From Nitrospirota bacterium (GTDB lineage: Bacteria > Nitrospirota > Thermodesulfovibrionia > Thermodesulfovibrionales > UBA9159), in contig CAVOUE010000010.1 in NCBI GenBank assembly GCA_963699545.1, positions 1 to 64,000 on the forward strand: 64,000 bases of DNA, in the 5' to 3' direction. This document shows positions 9,947-18,830 of this stretch, one piece after another. Positions within the stretch are counted from its first letter, which is position 1, and every line of letters starts with the position of its first letter. Below the pieces are notes generated by a model. The model saw nothing but the letters and a program-made list of their open reading frames with translations, was not told the DNA's origin and made no database searches. The position numbers and the translations under genes are program-made.

Positions 9947-10641
9947 CTGTCCGCTTCCACGTAATAACCAACCCCCCTTCTCGTCTTTACGTACTGAGGA
10001 CTTGAAGGATCATCCTCGATCTGCGTGCGCAGTCTCCTTATATGCACATCAACGGTCCTCGGCTCCACAAACGCCTCGTCTTTCCATACTGCGTCAAGAA
10101 GCTGGTCGCGGCTGAAGACCTTCCCTTTTCTCTCCACAAGATACAAAAGGAGTTTGAACTCGGTTGAGCTGAGAGCCAGTGGGACATTCCTTTTTGAGAC
10201 AGCGTATGTTTCTTTATTGATCAGAAGGTTTCCTATCCTGATGACCTTGTCTTCTGCAGGCTTTTCGCTGTACCTTCTCAAAACAGCCTTCACGCGGGCA
10301 ACAAGTTCCCTCGGGCTGAAAGGCTTGGTCATGTAATCATCCGCGCCAATTTCAAGGCCGATTATCCTGTCCACTTCTTCCCCTTTCGCGGTCAGCATGA
10401 TTATCGGCAGATTTTTCGTCTTCGGGTCGTTTCTGAGGATGCGGCAGAGTTCCACACCCTGGAGCCCGGGAAGCATAAGGTCAAGGATGAGGAAATCGAA
10501 CCTCCCCTTCCTGATCTTCGCAAGCGCTTCTTCCCCGTCGGTGGCGGAGGAAACATGAAAACCCTCTTTCTTGAGGTTATAGGAGACCAGCTCAACGATA
10601 TCAGGCTCATCATCCACCACCAATATCTTTTTGGAGTCCAT
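9943..10641 (-). CDS. phoB: PhoB/OmpR-family response regulator (copy 1)
   Basis: Receiver plus winged helix; overlaps the phoR start by 4 nt. Confidence 0.88.
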   Translation of the reverse strand: MDSKKILVVDDEPDIVELVSYNLKKEGFHVSSATDGEEALAKIRKGRFDFLILDLMLPGLQGVELCRILRNDPKTKNLPIIMLTAKGEEVDRIIGLEIGADDYMTKPFSPRELVARVKAVLRRYSEKPAEDKVIRIGNLLINKETYAVSKRNVPLALSSTEFKLLLYLVERKGKVFSRDQLLDAVWKDEAFVEPRTVDVHIRRLRTQIEDDPSSPQYVKTRRGVGYYVEADR

Positions 10642-10716
10642 GGCATACATATTACACCTGCCCTCATGAGGATGCAAGCTTTGCATTCCCTCCTTAATTA
10701 TATTAGTCTATTAGTC

Positions 10717-12042
10717 ATGGCCAAGCCTTTCGTCGTGATAGTCGGCAGACCGAACGTGGGTAAATCCACGCTTTTCAACAGGATCGTAGGCTCCGAAAGC
10801 GCCATTGTGGAAGGCCTTCCCGGGGTGACCAGGGACAGGAATTACATGGAGGCGGAGCGGGGAGGGAAGACCTTTATTGTTGTCGATACGGGTGGATTTG
10901 ATCCTGAACCCTCGGAGGACATGTTCCAGCAGATTAGAGAACAGGCGGTCTTTGCGGTTGAAGAGGCCGATGTCGTCATCCATCTGCTGGACGGGAAGGA
11001 AGGGCTGAATCCCCATGATATCGAGCTTGCACAGATGCTCAGGGCGTCCGGGAAGAAAGTCCTGTGGGCGGTGAACAAGGTCGATGCCCCCACGCGGGAG
11101 GACAGGCTCTACGATTTCTACCGGTTGGGCGTTGATGATCTGCTTCCTGTTTCCGCTGCCACGGGATATGAGTTCGACGAGTTCATGGACAGGGTCATTG
11201 CCCTCCTGCCTGAGAGGAGCGGAGAAGACGAGGGGATCGAGTATCCCGGGATCGCTGTAGTGGGAAGGCCGAATGTCGGAAAGTCCACACTGGTGAACAC
11301 CCTTCTGGGGAAAAGCCGCATGATCGTAAGCCCTGTTCCCGGCACCACCCGGGATTCCATAGACTCCCTCTGCACCTATTACGGGAAGAAATACCTTCTC
11401 ATAGATACGGCAGGCATAAGAAAGAAGGGCAAGATCGGGTATTCAATCGAGCGCTATTCCATGGTGAGGGCGGTCAGGAGCATTGAGCGTTGTGACGTAG
11501 CGCTTATCGTCCTTGACTCATCCGAAGGCATTGTAGAGCAGGACAAAAGGATCGCCGGGATAGTGGGCCAGTACGGCAAAGGTGCGGTATTTCTCTTCAA
11601 TAAGTGGGACCTGGTCGAAGAGCCGGAGACGGCGTACAAGAAATTCATGGATGAATTTCAGGACAAGTTCTGGTTCTTCAATCATGCCCCGGTGCTCACC
11701 GTTTCGGGACTTGAGCGCAGGAGGGTGACAAAGGCATTCCCCCTGATCGACGGGGTGATCGCGGAAAGGAAGAAGCGGATAGGCACTGCAGAGCTTAATA
11801 GTGTCCTGAGAAGGGTCATTGCTCGGACCTCTCTTCCCCTTTACCGGGGCAGGGTCGTGAAGCTTTTCTACATGACCCAGGTGAAGACAGATCCGCCTGA
11901 ATTCGTGGTCTTTGCGAACCATCCCGAAGGGCTCAAAGATTCACACCTGCGGTTCCTCGAAAGAAGCCTCAGGGAACAATTCTCCTTCAGCGGTACACCC
12001 ATAAGGATCTTTGTAAGGCCCAGGTCCGGAGACCGGGAGTGA
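10717..12042 (+). CDS. der: Ribosome biogenesis GTPase Der
   Basis: Two GRPNVGKST G-domains, DTGG and DTAG, C-terminal KH-like domain. Confidence 0.96.
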   Translation: MAKPFVVIVGRPNVGKSTLFNRIVGSESAIVEGLPGVTRDRNYMEAERGGKTFIVVDTGGFDPEPSEDMFQQIREQAVFAVEEADVVIHLLDGKEGLNPHDIELAQMLRASGKKVLWAVNKVDAPTREDRLYDFYRLGVDDLLPVSAATGYEFDEFMDRVIALLPERSGEDEGIEYPGIAVVGRPNVGKSTLVNTLLGKSRMIVSPVPGTTRDSIDSLCTYYGKKYLLIDTAGIRKKGKIGYSIERYSMVRAVRSIERCDVALIVLDSSEGIVEQDKRIAGIVGQYGKGAVFLFNKWDLVEEPETAYKKFMDEFQDKFWFFNHAPVLTVSGLERRRVTKAFPLIDGVIAERKKRIGTAELNSVLRRVIARTSLPLYRGRVVKLFYMTQVKTDPPEFVVFANHPEGLKDSHLRFLERSLREQFSFSGTPIRIFVRPRSGDRE

Positions 12043-12052
12043 GGTTCAGACA

Positions 12053-12853
12053 GTGCTCGTGAAAAGTGTGTTCGACTTTTTCAGGGACGGCGGGCTGATG
12101 CTGGCCGGTTCCCTGTCATACTTTTCGGTGATGGCCACTGTCCCCTTCTGCCTTTTCCTCGTCACTATCTTCGGATATTTCCTGGGCGAGGAAAAGGCGT
12201 TCTATCAATTCCTTTCGGCACGGCTCACGAGCTATTTCCCCGATGTCACCCGCGAGATCACCGAAGAACTGAGGAGGATCATTACCTACAGAGGCCTTGG
12301 AAAACTCTCTCTGGCCCTGTACGGCTTCCTCTCCTACCAGCTTTATTCCTCCCTTGAAACGGCCACCAACGTGATATTCAAAGTAAAGGTCAAACGCTCC
12401 TTTGTCGTCTCGCTTATCCTCTCCTTTGGCATCGTCACGGCCATTATCGCCTTCATCCTTATTTCCTTCAGCGCGACATCATTGATATCCGTGCTCACGC
12501 CTATACAGGAACTCTTCCCCGGCCTGAAGATCGGCGGGGCAACCGTGTTCCTTATACGATTCGTAATCCCCTTCGTCATCATGTTCGTGACGGTGGCAAT
12601 GCTGTATCTGCTCCTGCCGAAGACAAGGGTTGCGTTCCGGCATGCGTGCTCCGGCGCCCTGTTCACCGCAGTCTTCCTGGAAACCGCAAAACACCTTTTC
12701 ACCCTCTATGTCGTCAATGTCTTCCGGCTCGGAACGATCTATGGCCCTCTCTCGGCTTTTGTGATATTCTTATTATGGGTGTTCTACTCTTCGTGCATAT
12801 TCCTCATCGGCGCCGAGGTCGTGCACAATCTGGATGTCTCGAAGGAAGAATGA
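12053..12853 (+). CDS. YihY/virulence factor BrkB family membrane protein
   Basis: Multi-TM, LAGSLSYF, YLLLP, IYGPLS...LLWVFYSSCIFLIGAE. Confidence 0.85.
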   Translation: MLVKSVFDFFRDGGLMLAGSLSYFSVMATVPFCLFLVTIFGYFLGEEKAFYQFLSARLTSYFPDVTREITEELRRIITYRGLGKLSLALYGFLSYQLYSSLETATNVIFKVKVKRSFVVSLILSFGIVTAIIAFILISFSATSLISVLTPIQELFPGLKIGGATVFLIRFVIPFVIMFVTVAMLYLLLPKTRVAFRHACSGALFTAVFLETAKHLFTLYVVNVFRLGTIYGPLSAFVIFLLWVFYSSCIFLIGAEVVHNLDVSKEE

Positions 12854-12854
12854 G

Positions 12855-13022
12855 ATGATTGAACTCCTGGGAAAACATGTGGTGGTCATCGCCAACGACA
12901 TTACCTACTCGGGGACACTGGTGGAGATCAGCGAGGAAGAAGTTTATCTCGAGTCGGAATCAGGGTGGGTCGTCATCCCCGTGGGGAGGGTCGCGGTCAT
13001 AAAAGAGAAGGAAGAGGACTGA
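12855..13022 (+). CDS. Small hypothetical protein (possible Sm/LSm-like beta fold)
   Basis: 55-aa ORF with SD (GAAGGA); LLGKHVVV...YSGTLVEI pattern. Confidence 0.6.
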   Translation: MIELLGKHVVVIANDITYSGTLVEISEEEVYLESESGWVVIPVGRVAVIKEKEED

Positions 13023-13110
13023 TCCCCGGCTGACCCATTTTATTCCTTTGTCTTCCTGAACAGCGTTGTGCCCCCACTTACTTCATACATCCTAAAGTTA
13101 GAAGTTGAAG

Positions 13111-13139
13111 TTGACAAAAACCCGCCAATAAACTACGTT
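13111..13139 (+). promoter_or_regulatory. Putative sigma70 promoter of the beta-propeller operon
   Basis: TTGACA-N17-TACGTT. Confidence 0.45.
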
Positions 13140-13291
13140 AAAAAAAGACCCTTTTTGCGCTGGGTTGCAAAAAGCAACAGCTTTAACCGATAGTACCAAA
13201 AGGGAGGTGATGAGAAGAGATCATCTTGATTGCGGTAGCTTTAACGGTAGCTATATTGGGAAAAAGAATAGAGTAAATGTGGAGGAAAAAA

Positions 13292-14437
13292 GTGAAAAAG
13301 AAATTTGCAGTTGCATTAGTTCTGGTATTGGCGGCGCTGTGTTATACGTTCATGGGAAGTCTTGGTACGGTTAAGGCTGCAGGTGACGCCCCGGGATATC
13401 CGGGAGATAAGGGCGCTGCAAAAACAATGGAAAAAGCGCCGGCGGTGGAGGCAAAGGTTGTGACGGCGGCAAAGCCCCCCACCTTTAACGGCATTGCTTA
13501 CATCGCCGGACACGGCGGCCATCTGGCGATCATCGATATGCGGACCATGAAATCGCCCGCAGATGTCGAAAAGGACAGGATCGTAATCACCGAGGCCGAA
13601 TCCGAGATGCAGGGCACGGTAGCAGGGATGAAATTCGAGAAGCTGGAAGGCGAGGGCGGCGGTACACACGGACAGGCCCTCACGAAGGAGGGCAAGGAGA
13701 AAGTACTGGTCGTAGGCACGCTTAACGGCAACATCTACAAGATAAACATGGCCACCGGCAAGAAGGCGGGCCCCTATAAGGTAGGCGAGAAGTTCTGCGG
13801 CGTCATCGTCGGTCCTGACGGCAATATCTACCTGCAAGACATGGCCAACGGCAATGTGTATATCTGGGACTCCACCAAGTTGAAGACAGTCGACAAGATG
13901 CCTGTGGGCAAGGCAGTGTGTGGCATTCAGTGGACAAAGAATAACAAGAAGGCGTATATCACCGACATGCCCACCGGCACTGTATACGTTTATGACTGGA
14001 CAACGAAGAAAAAGATAAAGGAGATCACGAGCCCTGAGATGACGTTCATCCACCAGGCGAGAATGACCCCTGACGGCAAACAGCTCTGGGTAAGCGCACC
14101 CAATGAGTTCGACCCGGGCCTGAAACCAGGCACCCACAAGAGCCAGGTTATCATCATCGACACGAGCAAGGATCAGATCGTGAAGCGCATAGTCCTGCCG
14201 GACAATGTAAGACCACATGATTTTGCATTCACAAAGGACAGCAAGTACGCGTTTCTTTCGTCCAGGACCTATGGGGACGACAGCTCCCTGAACGTCATGG
14301 ATATGAAGAATTACAACATCGTGGAGAGCGTTTCGGCATGCGTAGGTTGCCACAAGAGCGTCGGCGTCCAGGTAAAAATCGACAAGGGTTCACCGCTCCT
14401 CTGCGGCTTGGAGATCGACTGGGCCCCCGGCAAATAG
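13292..14437 (+). CDS. Secreted YncE/cytochrome cd1-like beta-propeller protein with C-terminal CxxCH
   Basis: GGAGG SD before GTG, signal peptide, blade repeats (GPDG, TPDGKQLWV, FTKDSKYAF), CVGCH motif. Confidence 0.7.
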   Translation: MKKKFAVALVLVLAALCYTFMGSLGTVKAAGDAPGYPGDKGAAKTMEKAPAVEAKVVTAAKPPTFNGIAYIAGHGGHLAIIDMRTMKSPADVEKDRIVITEAESEMQGTVAGMKFEKLEGEGGGTHGQALTKEGKEKVLVVGTLNGNIYKINMATGKKAGPYKVGEKFCGVIVGPDGNIYLQDMANGNVYIWDSTKLKTVDKMPVGKAVCGIQWTKNNKKAYITDMPTGTVYVYDWTTKKKIKEITSPEMTFIHQARMTPDGKQLWVSAPNEFDPGLKPGTHKSQVIIIDTSKDQIVKRIVLPDNVRPHDFAFTKDSKYAFLSSRTYGDDSSLNVMDMKNYNIVESVSACVGCHKSVGVQVKIDKGSPLLCGLEIDWAPGK

Positions 14438-14476
14438 CGCGCTTTCTGAAAAAGAGCGCTTTCTCTCATGTTCACT

Positions 14477-14519
14477 GGAAGGGGGAGCAAACAATGTGCT
14501 CCCCCTTCCTTCTCATTTT
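14477..14519 (+). terminator. Stem-loop after the propeller gene (terminator or mRNA stabiliser)
   Basis: GGAAGGGGGAGCA-N7-TGCTCCCCCTTCC perfect 13-bp stem with a weak T tail. Confidence 0.6.
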
Positions 14520-14583
14520 GGGTGTGCTTGTTCCACAATAATGCTAAAATAAACAGTATGCATCAGGATACAAGGGACTCGGA

Positions 14584-15792
14584 ATGTCGGCAAAATTGAA
14601 CATCGTATCATTTGCGGTGAAAAACCTGAAGCGGAAGATGGTAAGGACTCTGTTGCTCCTCCTGGCCGTCACGGTGGTCACCGGTACATTGTTCTCCGCA
14701 ACCCTTTTCATCTTCAGCATGCAGAATGCCCTTAAGATAGGCACCTACAGACTTGGTGCCGATGTCCTGGTCGTTCCTGAAAAGTACGCCTTAGAGGCCC
14801 GTTCGGCGCTCCTCGCGGGGGAACCCACAAGTTTTCTCATGGATCGCTCCATTCTCGAACGGGTGAGAAAAATCGAAGGAGTGAAGAGGGCATCGCCCCA
14901 ACTCTTTGTGAAACCCACATCCTTTACGTGCTGTTACAATGTGGACGTGTTCCTTGTCGCCTTCGATCCAGACACGGACTTTACCATAACGCCCTGGCTC
15001 ACCAAGAATCTCAAGAAGGCCCTGGTGGGAAACGAGATCATCACCGGAAGGGAAGTGCCCGTGATGCCGGGAGATACCATCCCATTTTTCGGCACAGCAT
15101 TCAGGGTAGCCGGCACCATGGAACCGACCGGGATGAAGTTCTTCGACCGTTCCGTTTTCATGACGATGGATGCAGCATACAAAATGGCCGAAGACTCCGG
15201 GACCAAATCCATGCAGCCCGTTTCCATAGAAAGAGACAGGATATCCACCGTGCTCGTGCAGGTCCAGGAAGGGTTGACACCGGACAGGGTCGCGATAAGG
15301 ATCGAACATGATATTGACGGCGTTAAGGCGATTGCCTCGGATGAGGTCATCAGCACGGTAAGAAAACAGTTGGGAGGTCTTCTCAAGGGGATCCTCGCCA
15401 TCAGCGCGGTAGTGTGGGTCCTCGCCCTCCTGATGATGGGGTTTGCCTTCTCCATGATCGTGAACGAACGCCAGAGAGAGCTGGGCCTGTTGCGATCCAT
15501 GGGTGCGAAAAAGGCGCACATCTTCAGGCTCATCATCTCCGAGGCGGTCATTCTTTCGGCCTGCGGAGGCATTGCGGGATTATTGGCAGGGGCTGCCCTC
15601 CTCCTTACGTTCAAAGGACTCATCCTCCACAGCCTGAAACTCCCCTACCTCATGCCTTCAGCAACGGTACTTATAGAGCTTGTCGCAGGCGCCATCATTT
15701 TTTCGTTGCTCACAGGACTTCTTTCGTCCCTTATGCCCGCTATTTCAGCAAGCAGGATGGAACCATACGAAGCGATACGGAAAGGAGAATAG
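14584..15792 (+). CDS. MacB/FtsX-family ABC permease
   Basis: TM1, periplasmic domain (contains TCC), VNERQRELGLLRSMGA, C-terminal PYEAIR. Confidence 0.9.
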   Translation: MSAKLNIVSFAVKNLKRKMVRTLLLLLAVTVVTGTLFSATLFIFSMQNALKIGTYRLGADVLVVPEKYALEARSALLAGEPTSFLMDRSILERVRKIEGVKRASPQLFVKPTSFTCCYNVDVFLVAFDPDTDFTITPWLTKNLKKALVGNEIITGREVPVMPGDTIPFFGTAFRVAGTMEPTGMKFFDRSVFMTMDAAYKMAEDSGTKSMQPVSIERDRISTVLVQVQEGLTPDRVAIRIEHDIDGVKAIASDEVISTVRKQLGGLLKGILAISAVVWVLALLMMGFAFSMIVNERQRELGLLRSMGAKKAHIFRLIISEAVILSACGGIAGLLAGAALLLTFKGLILHSLKLPYLMPSATVLIELVAGAIIFSLLTGLLSSLMPAISASRMEPYEAIRKGE

Positions 15793-15797
15793 GAGAA

Positions 15798-16250
15798 GTG
15801 ATCTCGTACGATATCAAGGGCCTGGCACCGCGGGTACCAGGGATCGCTGCCGCACTGTTACTGACCGCGGTCTTTTCATTGCCCGCACCCCTTCACGCGC
15901 AGCCTGTCGCCGTGCCCCAGGGTGCGAAATGTGTTGAATGTGGAATGGCCGTGGACCAGAACTCAAGATTTATGAGCGAAGTCACCACGAAGAACAACAA
16001 GAACTTATTTTTCTGTGATATTGGGGACATGCTTTTCCATTTCCGGTCCGACCGGGAAAAGATGAAGGATGTTCACGTGAGGGATTATGCCACGGGTGAA
16101 TGGATCGATGGGAAAAAGGCGCTCTACGTCCTCAACAAGAAGATCTCCACACCCATGTCATGGAGCATCGCGGCCTTTGCAGCAGAATCCTCTGCAAAGA
16201 AGTGGGGAGACCCGGCAGACTTCAACGGGGCCTTCAAACTATTACGATGA
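15798..16250 (+). CDS. nosL: NosL-family copper chaperone-like protein
   Basis: Signal peptide, CVECGM, FCDIGDM, VRDYATGEWIDGKKALYV, TPM. Confidence 0.8.
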   Translation: MISYDIKGLAPRVPGIAAALLLTAVFSLPAPLHAQPVAVPQGAKCVECGMAVDQNSRFMSEVTTKNNKNLFFCDIGDMLFHFRSDREKMKDVHVRDYATGEWIDGKKALYVLNKKISTPMSWSIAAFAAESSAKKWGDPADFNGAFKLLR

Positions 16251-16642
16251 CGAACCGGATATTCGGCGTACTTTTTTTTCTCACGGGCCTCATGGTGCTT
16301 CTGGTACCGAGGTTTATTCTGCCGGTATGCGAATACCAAGGCTTTAACCCCATGGCGTGCAGCCATACCGCTATCGCAGAAATGTTCGTGGGGATCATGG
16401 TGATGGCTGCGGCAACAGGGCTGTTCTTTTCGAGGAGCGGTGAAGGTCTGCGGTGGCTTTCTTTCACGGCACTTGCTGCCGGCATATCCGTCATCTGGAT
16501 ACCCGAAGCCATCGGATACTGTCATAGCGGCCATATGCCGTGCAACTACGGAACCATCCCGGTATTGCGACTGTTGGGGGTATTGATCGTCCTGCTTTCA
16601 CTGGCCGGTTTTCTTCTCTCGCTCAGAAAGGAAAAAAGGTAG
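16247..16642 (+). CDS. DUF4418-family Cys-rich membrane protein
   Basis: 4 TM with PVC, MAC-x-HT, IGYC, MPC motifs. Confidence 0.75.
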   Translation: MTNRIFGVLFFLTGLMVLLVPRFILPVCEYQGFNPMACSHTAIAEMFVGIMVMAAATGLFFSRSGEGLRWLSFTALAAGISVIWIPEAIGYCHSGHMPCNYGTIPVLRLLGVLIVLLSLAGFLLSLRKEKR

Positions 16643-16693
16643 GTCCGCAAAACCCTCAAGAGGAAGAAGGGAGATTACACTGGAGAGTTGGGT

Positions 16694-17335
16694 ATGAAGA
16701 GAAAAGTAAGACTCATCTTAAAACAGCACCTGTTGATACTGCTTGCCTTGATGTTTGTCTCAGAGGTTTCATGCAAGAAGGAAGAAGCTGCCCCCGAGAG
16801 GACGCACCCGCAGCAGGCTGTTAACCCCTATTCCAGCGAATCTGTTTTCGATGAAGTAAAAAAGAGACTTCAGCAAAACCCCAATGATGTAGATGCGCTC
16901 TATCACATCGCCAATTTATATGACCGCAATGCATTGTATCAGGAGGCCATCGATGCATATAAGAAAGTGGTCCAGCTAAAACCCGATATGGGGTATGCGT
17001 ATTTCAAGATGGGTACTGCCTATGACCGCCTCAATCAGCCGGCAGAGGCGATAAGCGCCTTCAAAAAGGCCATAAAATATATGCCGAACTTTGCAGCAGC
17101 CTACAATAATCTGGGGGTAGCATACGGAAAACTCGAAAAATACAAGGACGAAATCGCAGCCCTGCGAAAGGCGATCAAACTGAGATCAAACTATGCGTCG
17201 GCCAGACTTAATCTGGGGGTCACCTATCTGAAGACAGGGAACAGGAAAGCAGCAATGCAGGAATACGAATCCCTGAAAAAATTCGATGAAGGCGCTGCAG
17301 AGGCCCTGATGAAAGAGATAAAGAAGGCATCGTAG
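16694..17335 (+). CDS. TPR-repeat protein (putative lipoprotein)
   Basis: Hydrophobic leader ending VSC; about four TPR repeats (AYNNLGVAY, ARLNLGVTY). Confidence 0.85.
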   Translation: MKRKVRLILKQHLLILLALMFVSEVSCKKEEAAPERTHPQQAVNPYSSESVFDEVKKRLQQNPNDVDALYHIANLYDRNALYQEAIDAYKKVVQLKPDMGYAYFKMGTAYDRLNQPAEAISAFKKAIKYMPNFAAAYNNLGVAYGKLEKYKDEIAALRKAIKLRSNYASARLNLGVTYLKTGNRKAAMQEYESLKKFDEGAAEALMKEIKKAS

Positions 17336-17343
17336 GAGGACGG

Positions 17344-18009
17344 GTGATCGAGATAAGGGACATTACGAAGACATACACTGTGGACGGACAAGCCTTTAAG
17401 GCCGTGGATAATGTTTCGTTTGCGGTAAGCAGGGGTGAGATGGTCTCGATCATCGGGCATTCAGGGAGCGGGAAGACCACCCTGTTGAGCCTGATCGGAG
17501 GGCTCACAAGACCTGATTCCGGCGAGGTCGTGATCGATGGGGTAAGCCTGCGGTCCATGAACGATGACACTCTCTCGGAATTCAGGAATAAGAAAATGAA
17601 CTTCATCTATCAGTTCTCGAGCCTCATCCCTACTCTCACCACGATCGAAAACGTTATGCTCCCCACTGCCTTCGGAAACTTCAGCGATGAGAATGAGGGA
17701 TATGCGAGGGAACTTATCAGGACCGTCGGGCTTGAGGACAGGATGAACTCCTACCCCTCCCATCTGTCAGGGGGTCAGCAGAGAAGGGTCGCCATTGCAC
17801 GGGCTTTCGTGAACAGCCCCGAGATCATCCTGGCGGACGAACCTACCGGAGACCTCGACGAAGATACAGAGAAGGAAGTGATACGCCTTTTCCACAGGAT
17901 GAACGAAGAGAGGGGAATTACTTTCATTCTCGTCACCCACAACAGGGAGATCGCTGATCAGGCAAAAAAACACTTTAGGATGACAAACGGAGTGCTATCG
18001 GAAATTTAA
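17344..18009 (+). CDS. ABC transporter ATP-binding protein (LolD/MacB-like)
   Basis: GHSGSGKTT, LSGGQQRRVAIARA, ADEPTGDLD, VTH. Confidence 0.92.
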   Translation: MIEIRDITKTYTVDGQAFKAVDNVSFAVSRGEMVSIIGHSGSGKTTLLSLIGGLTRPDSGEVVIDGVSLRSMNDDTLSEFRNKKMNFIYQFSSLIPTLTTIENVMLPTAFGNFSDENEGYARELIRTVGLEDRMNSYPSHLSGGQQRRVAIARAFVNSPEIILADEPTGDLDEDTEKEVIRLFHRMNEERGITFILVTHNREIADQAKKHFRMTNGVLSEI

Positions 18010-18145
18010 CTCCCCTCGCTCCCCTCTTGCTTTAAGAGTCCGTTGGCGACTGTCCCGGACCCGCCTGCCGGACGGGCAGGTTTACGGACGAGGCAAAGCG
18101 CCTGCCTGTCCGGTAGGCAGGGAGTCGTAGAATCGGGACTGTCCA
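18010..18145. repeat. Cluster of REP-like palindromes between convergent genes
   Basis: CCCGCCTGCCGGACGGGCAGG and CCTGCCTGTCCGGTAGGCAGG nested between GACTGTCCC and GGGACTGTCC; CCCCTCTT..AAGAG half-palindrome. Confidence 0.6.
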
Positions 18146-18158
18146 CGGAAGAACCGAC

Positions 18159-18830
18159 TCATTCCAGTCTTCCGTCCACCATCTTCAGGACCCTGTGGCA
18201 GCGTCGGGAGAGGGATTCATTGTGGGTGACGAGCACAAAGGTTATCCCCTTCTCTCTATTCAGCCTCAGCAGCAGGTTAAAGAGGTCTTCCCCTGTAGTG
18301 GTGTCCAGGTTTCCGGTAGGCTCGTCGGCAAGCACTACCTTCGGGTTGAGCATCAGGGCCCTTGCCACAGCGACCCTCTGCTGTTCGCCCCCCGAGAGCT
18401 CCCCCGGCCTGTGGTCCTTCCTTTCGAGCACTCCCAATTCATTCAACAGCGTTTCGGCCCGCTCTTTCAGTTCGGAAGGATCATGAGAACTTATCATGCC
18501 GGGTATCGTCACGTTTTCCAGGGCCGTAAACTCGGGAAGCAGATGATGGAACTGAAATACAAAGCCGACAGTCCTGTTCCTGAAAGAGGCCAGGGAGGTG
18601 TTGTCCAGAGCGAAGACATCTTTTCCGTCGTACAGCACATTGCCGGACGACGGTCTGTCCAGGGTGCCCAGCACATGGAGGAAAGTGCTCTTGCCCACAC
18701 CCGAGGCCCCCACAATCGCGAGGACTTCTCCCTCGCCGATCGAAAGATCAACGCCTTTGAGTATCTTCAGCTCCCCCGCGGGAGGATAAAAGGATTTCTC
18801 TATCCGTATGGCTTCAACGAGACTTTTCAT
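18159..18830 (-). CDS. lolD: Lipoprotein-releasing ABC ATPase LolD-like
   Basis: GASGVGKST, GFVFQFHHLLPEFTALENV, HRPGELSGGEQQRVA. Confidence 0.8.
   Translation of the reverse strand: MKSLVEAIRIEKSFYPPAGELKILKGVDLSIGEGEVLAIVGASGVGKSTFLHVLGTLDRPSSGNVLYDGKDVFALDNTSLASFRNRTVGFVFQFHHLLPEFTALENVTIPGMISSHDPSELKERAETLLNELGVLERKDHRPGELSGGEQQRVAVARALMLNPKVVLADEPTGNLDTTTGEDLFNLLLRLNREKGITFVLVTHNESLSRRCHRVLKMVDGRLE

Noticed and set aside
13292-14437. nosZ or nirS
   Set aside because: Too short, with no CuA domain, and no N-terminal cytochrome c domain as in NirS.
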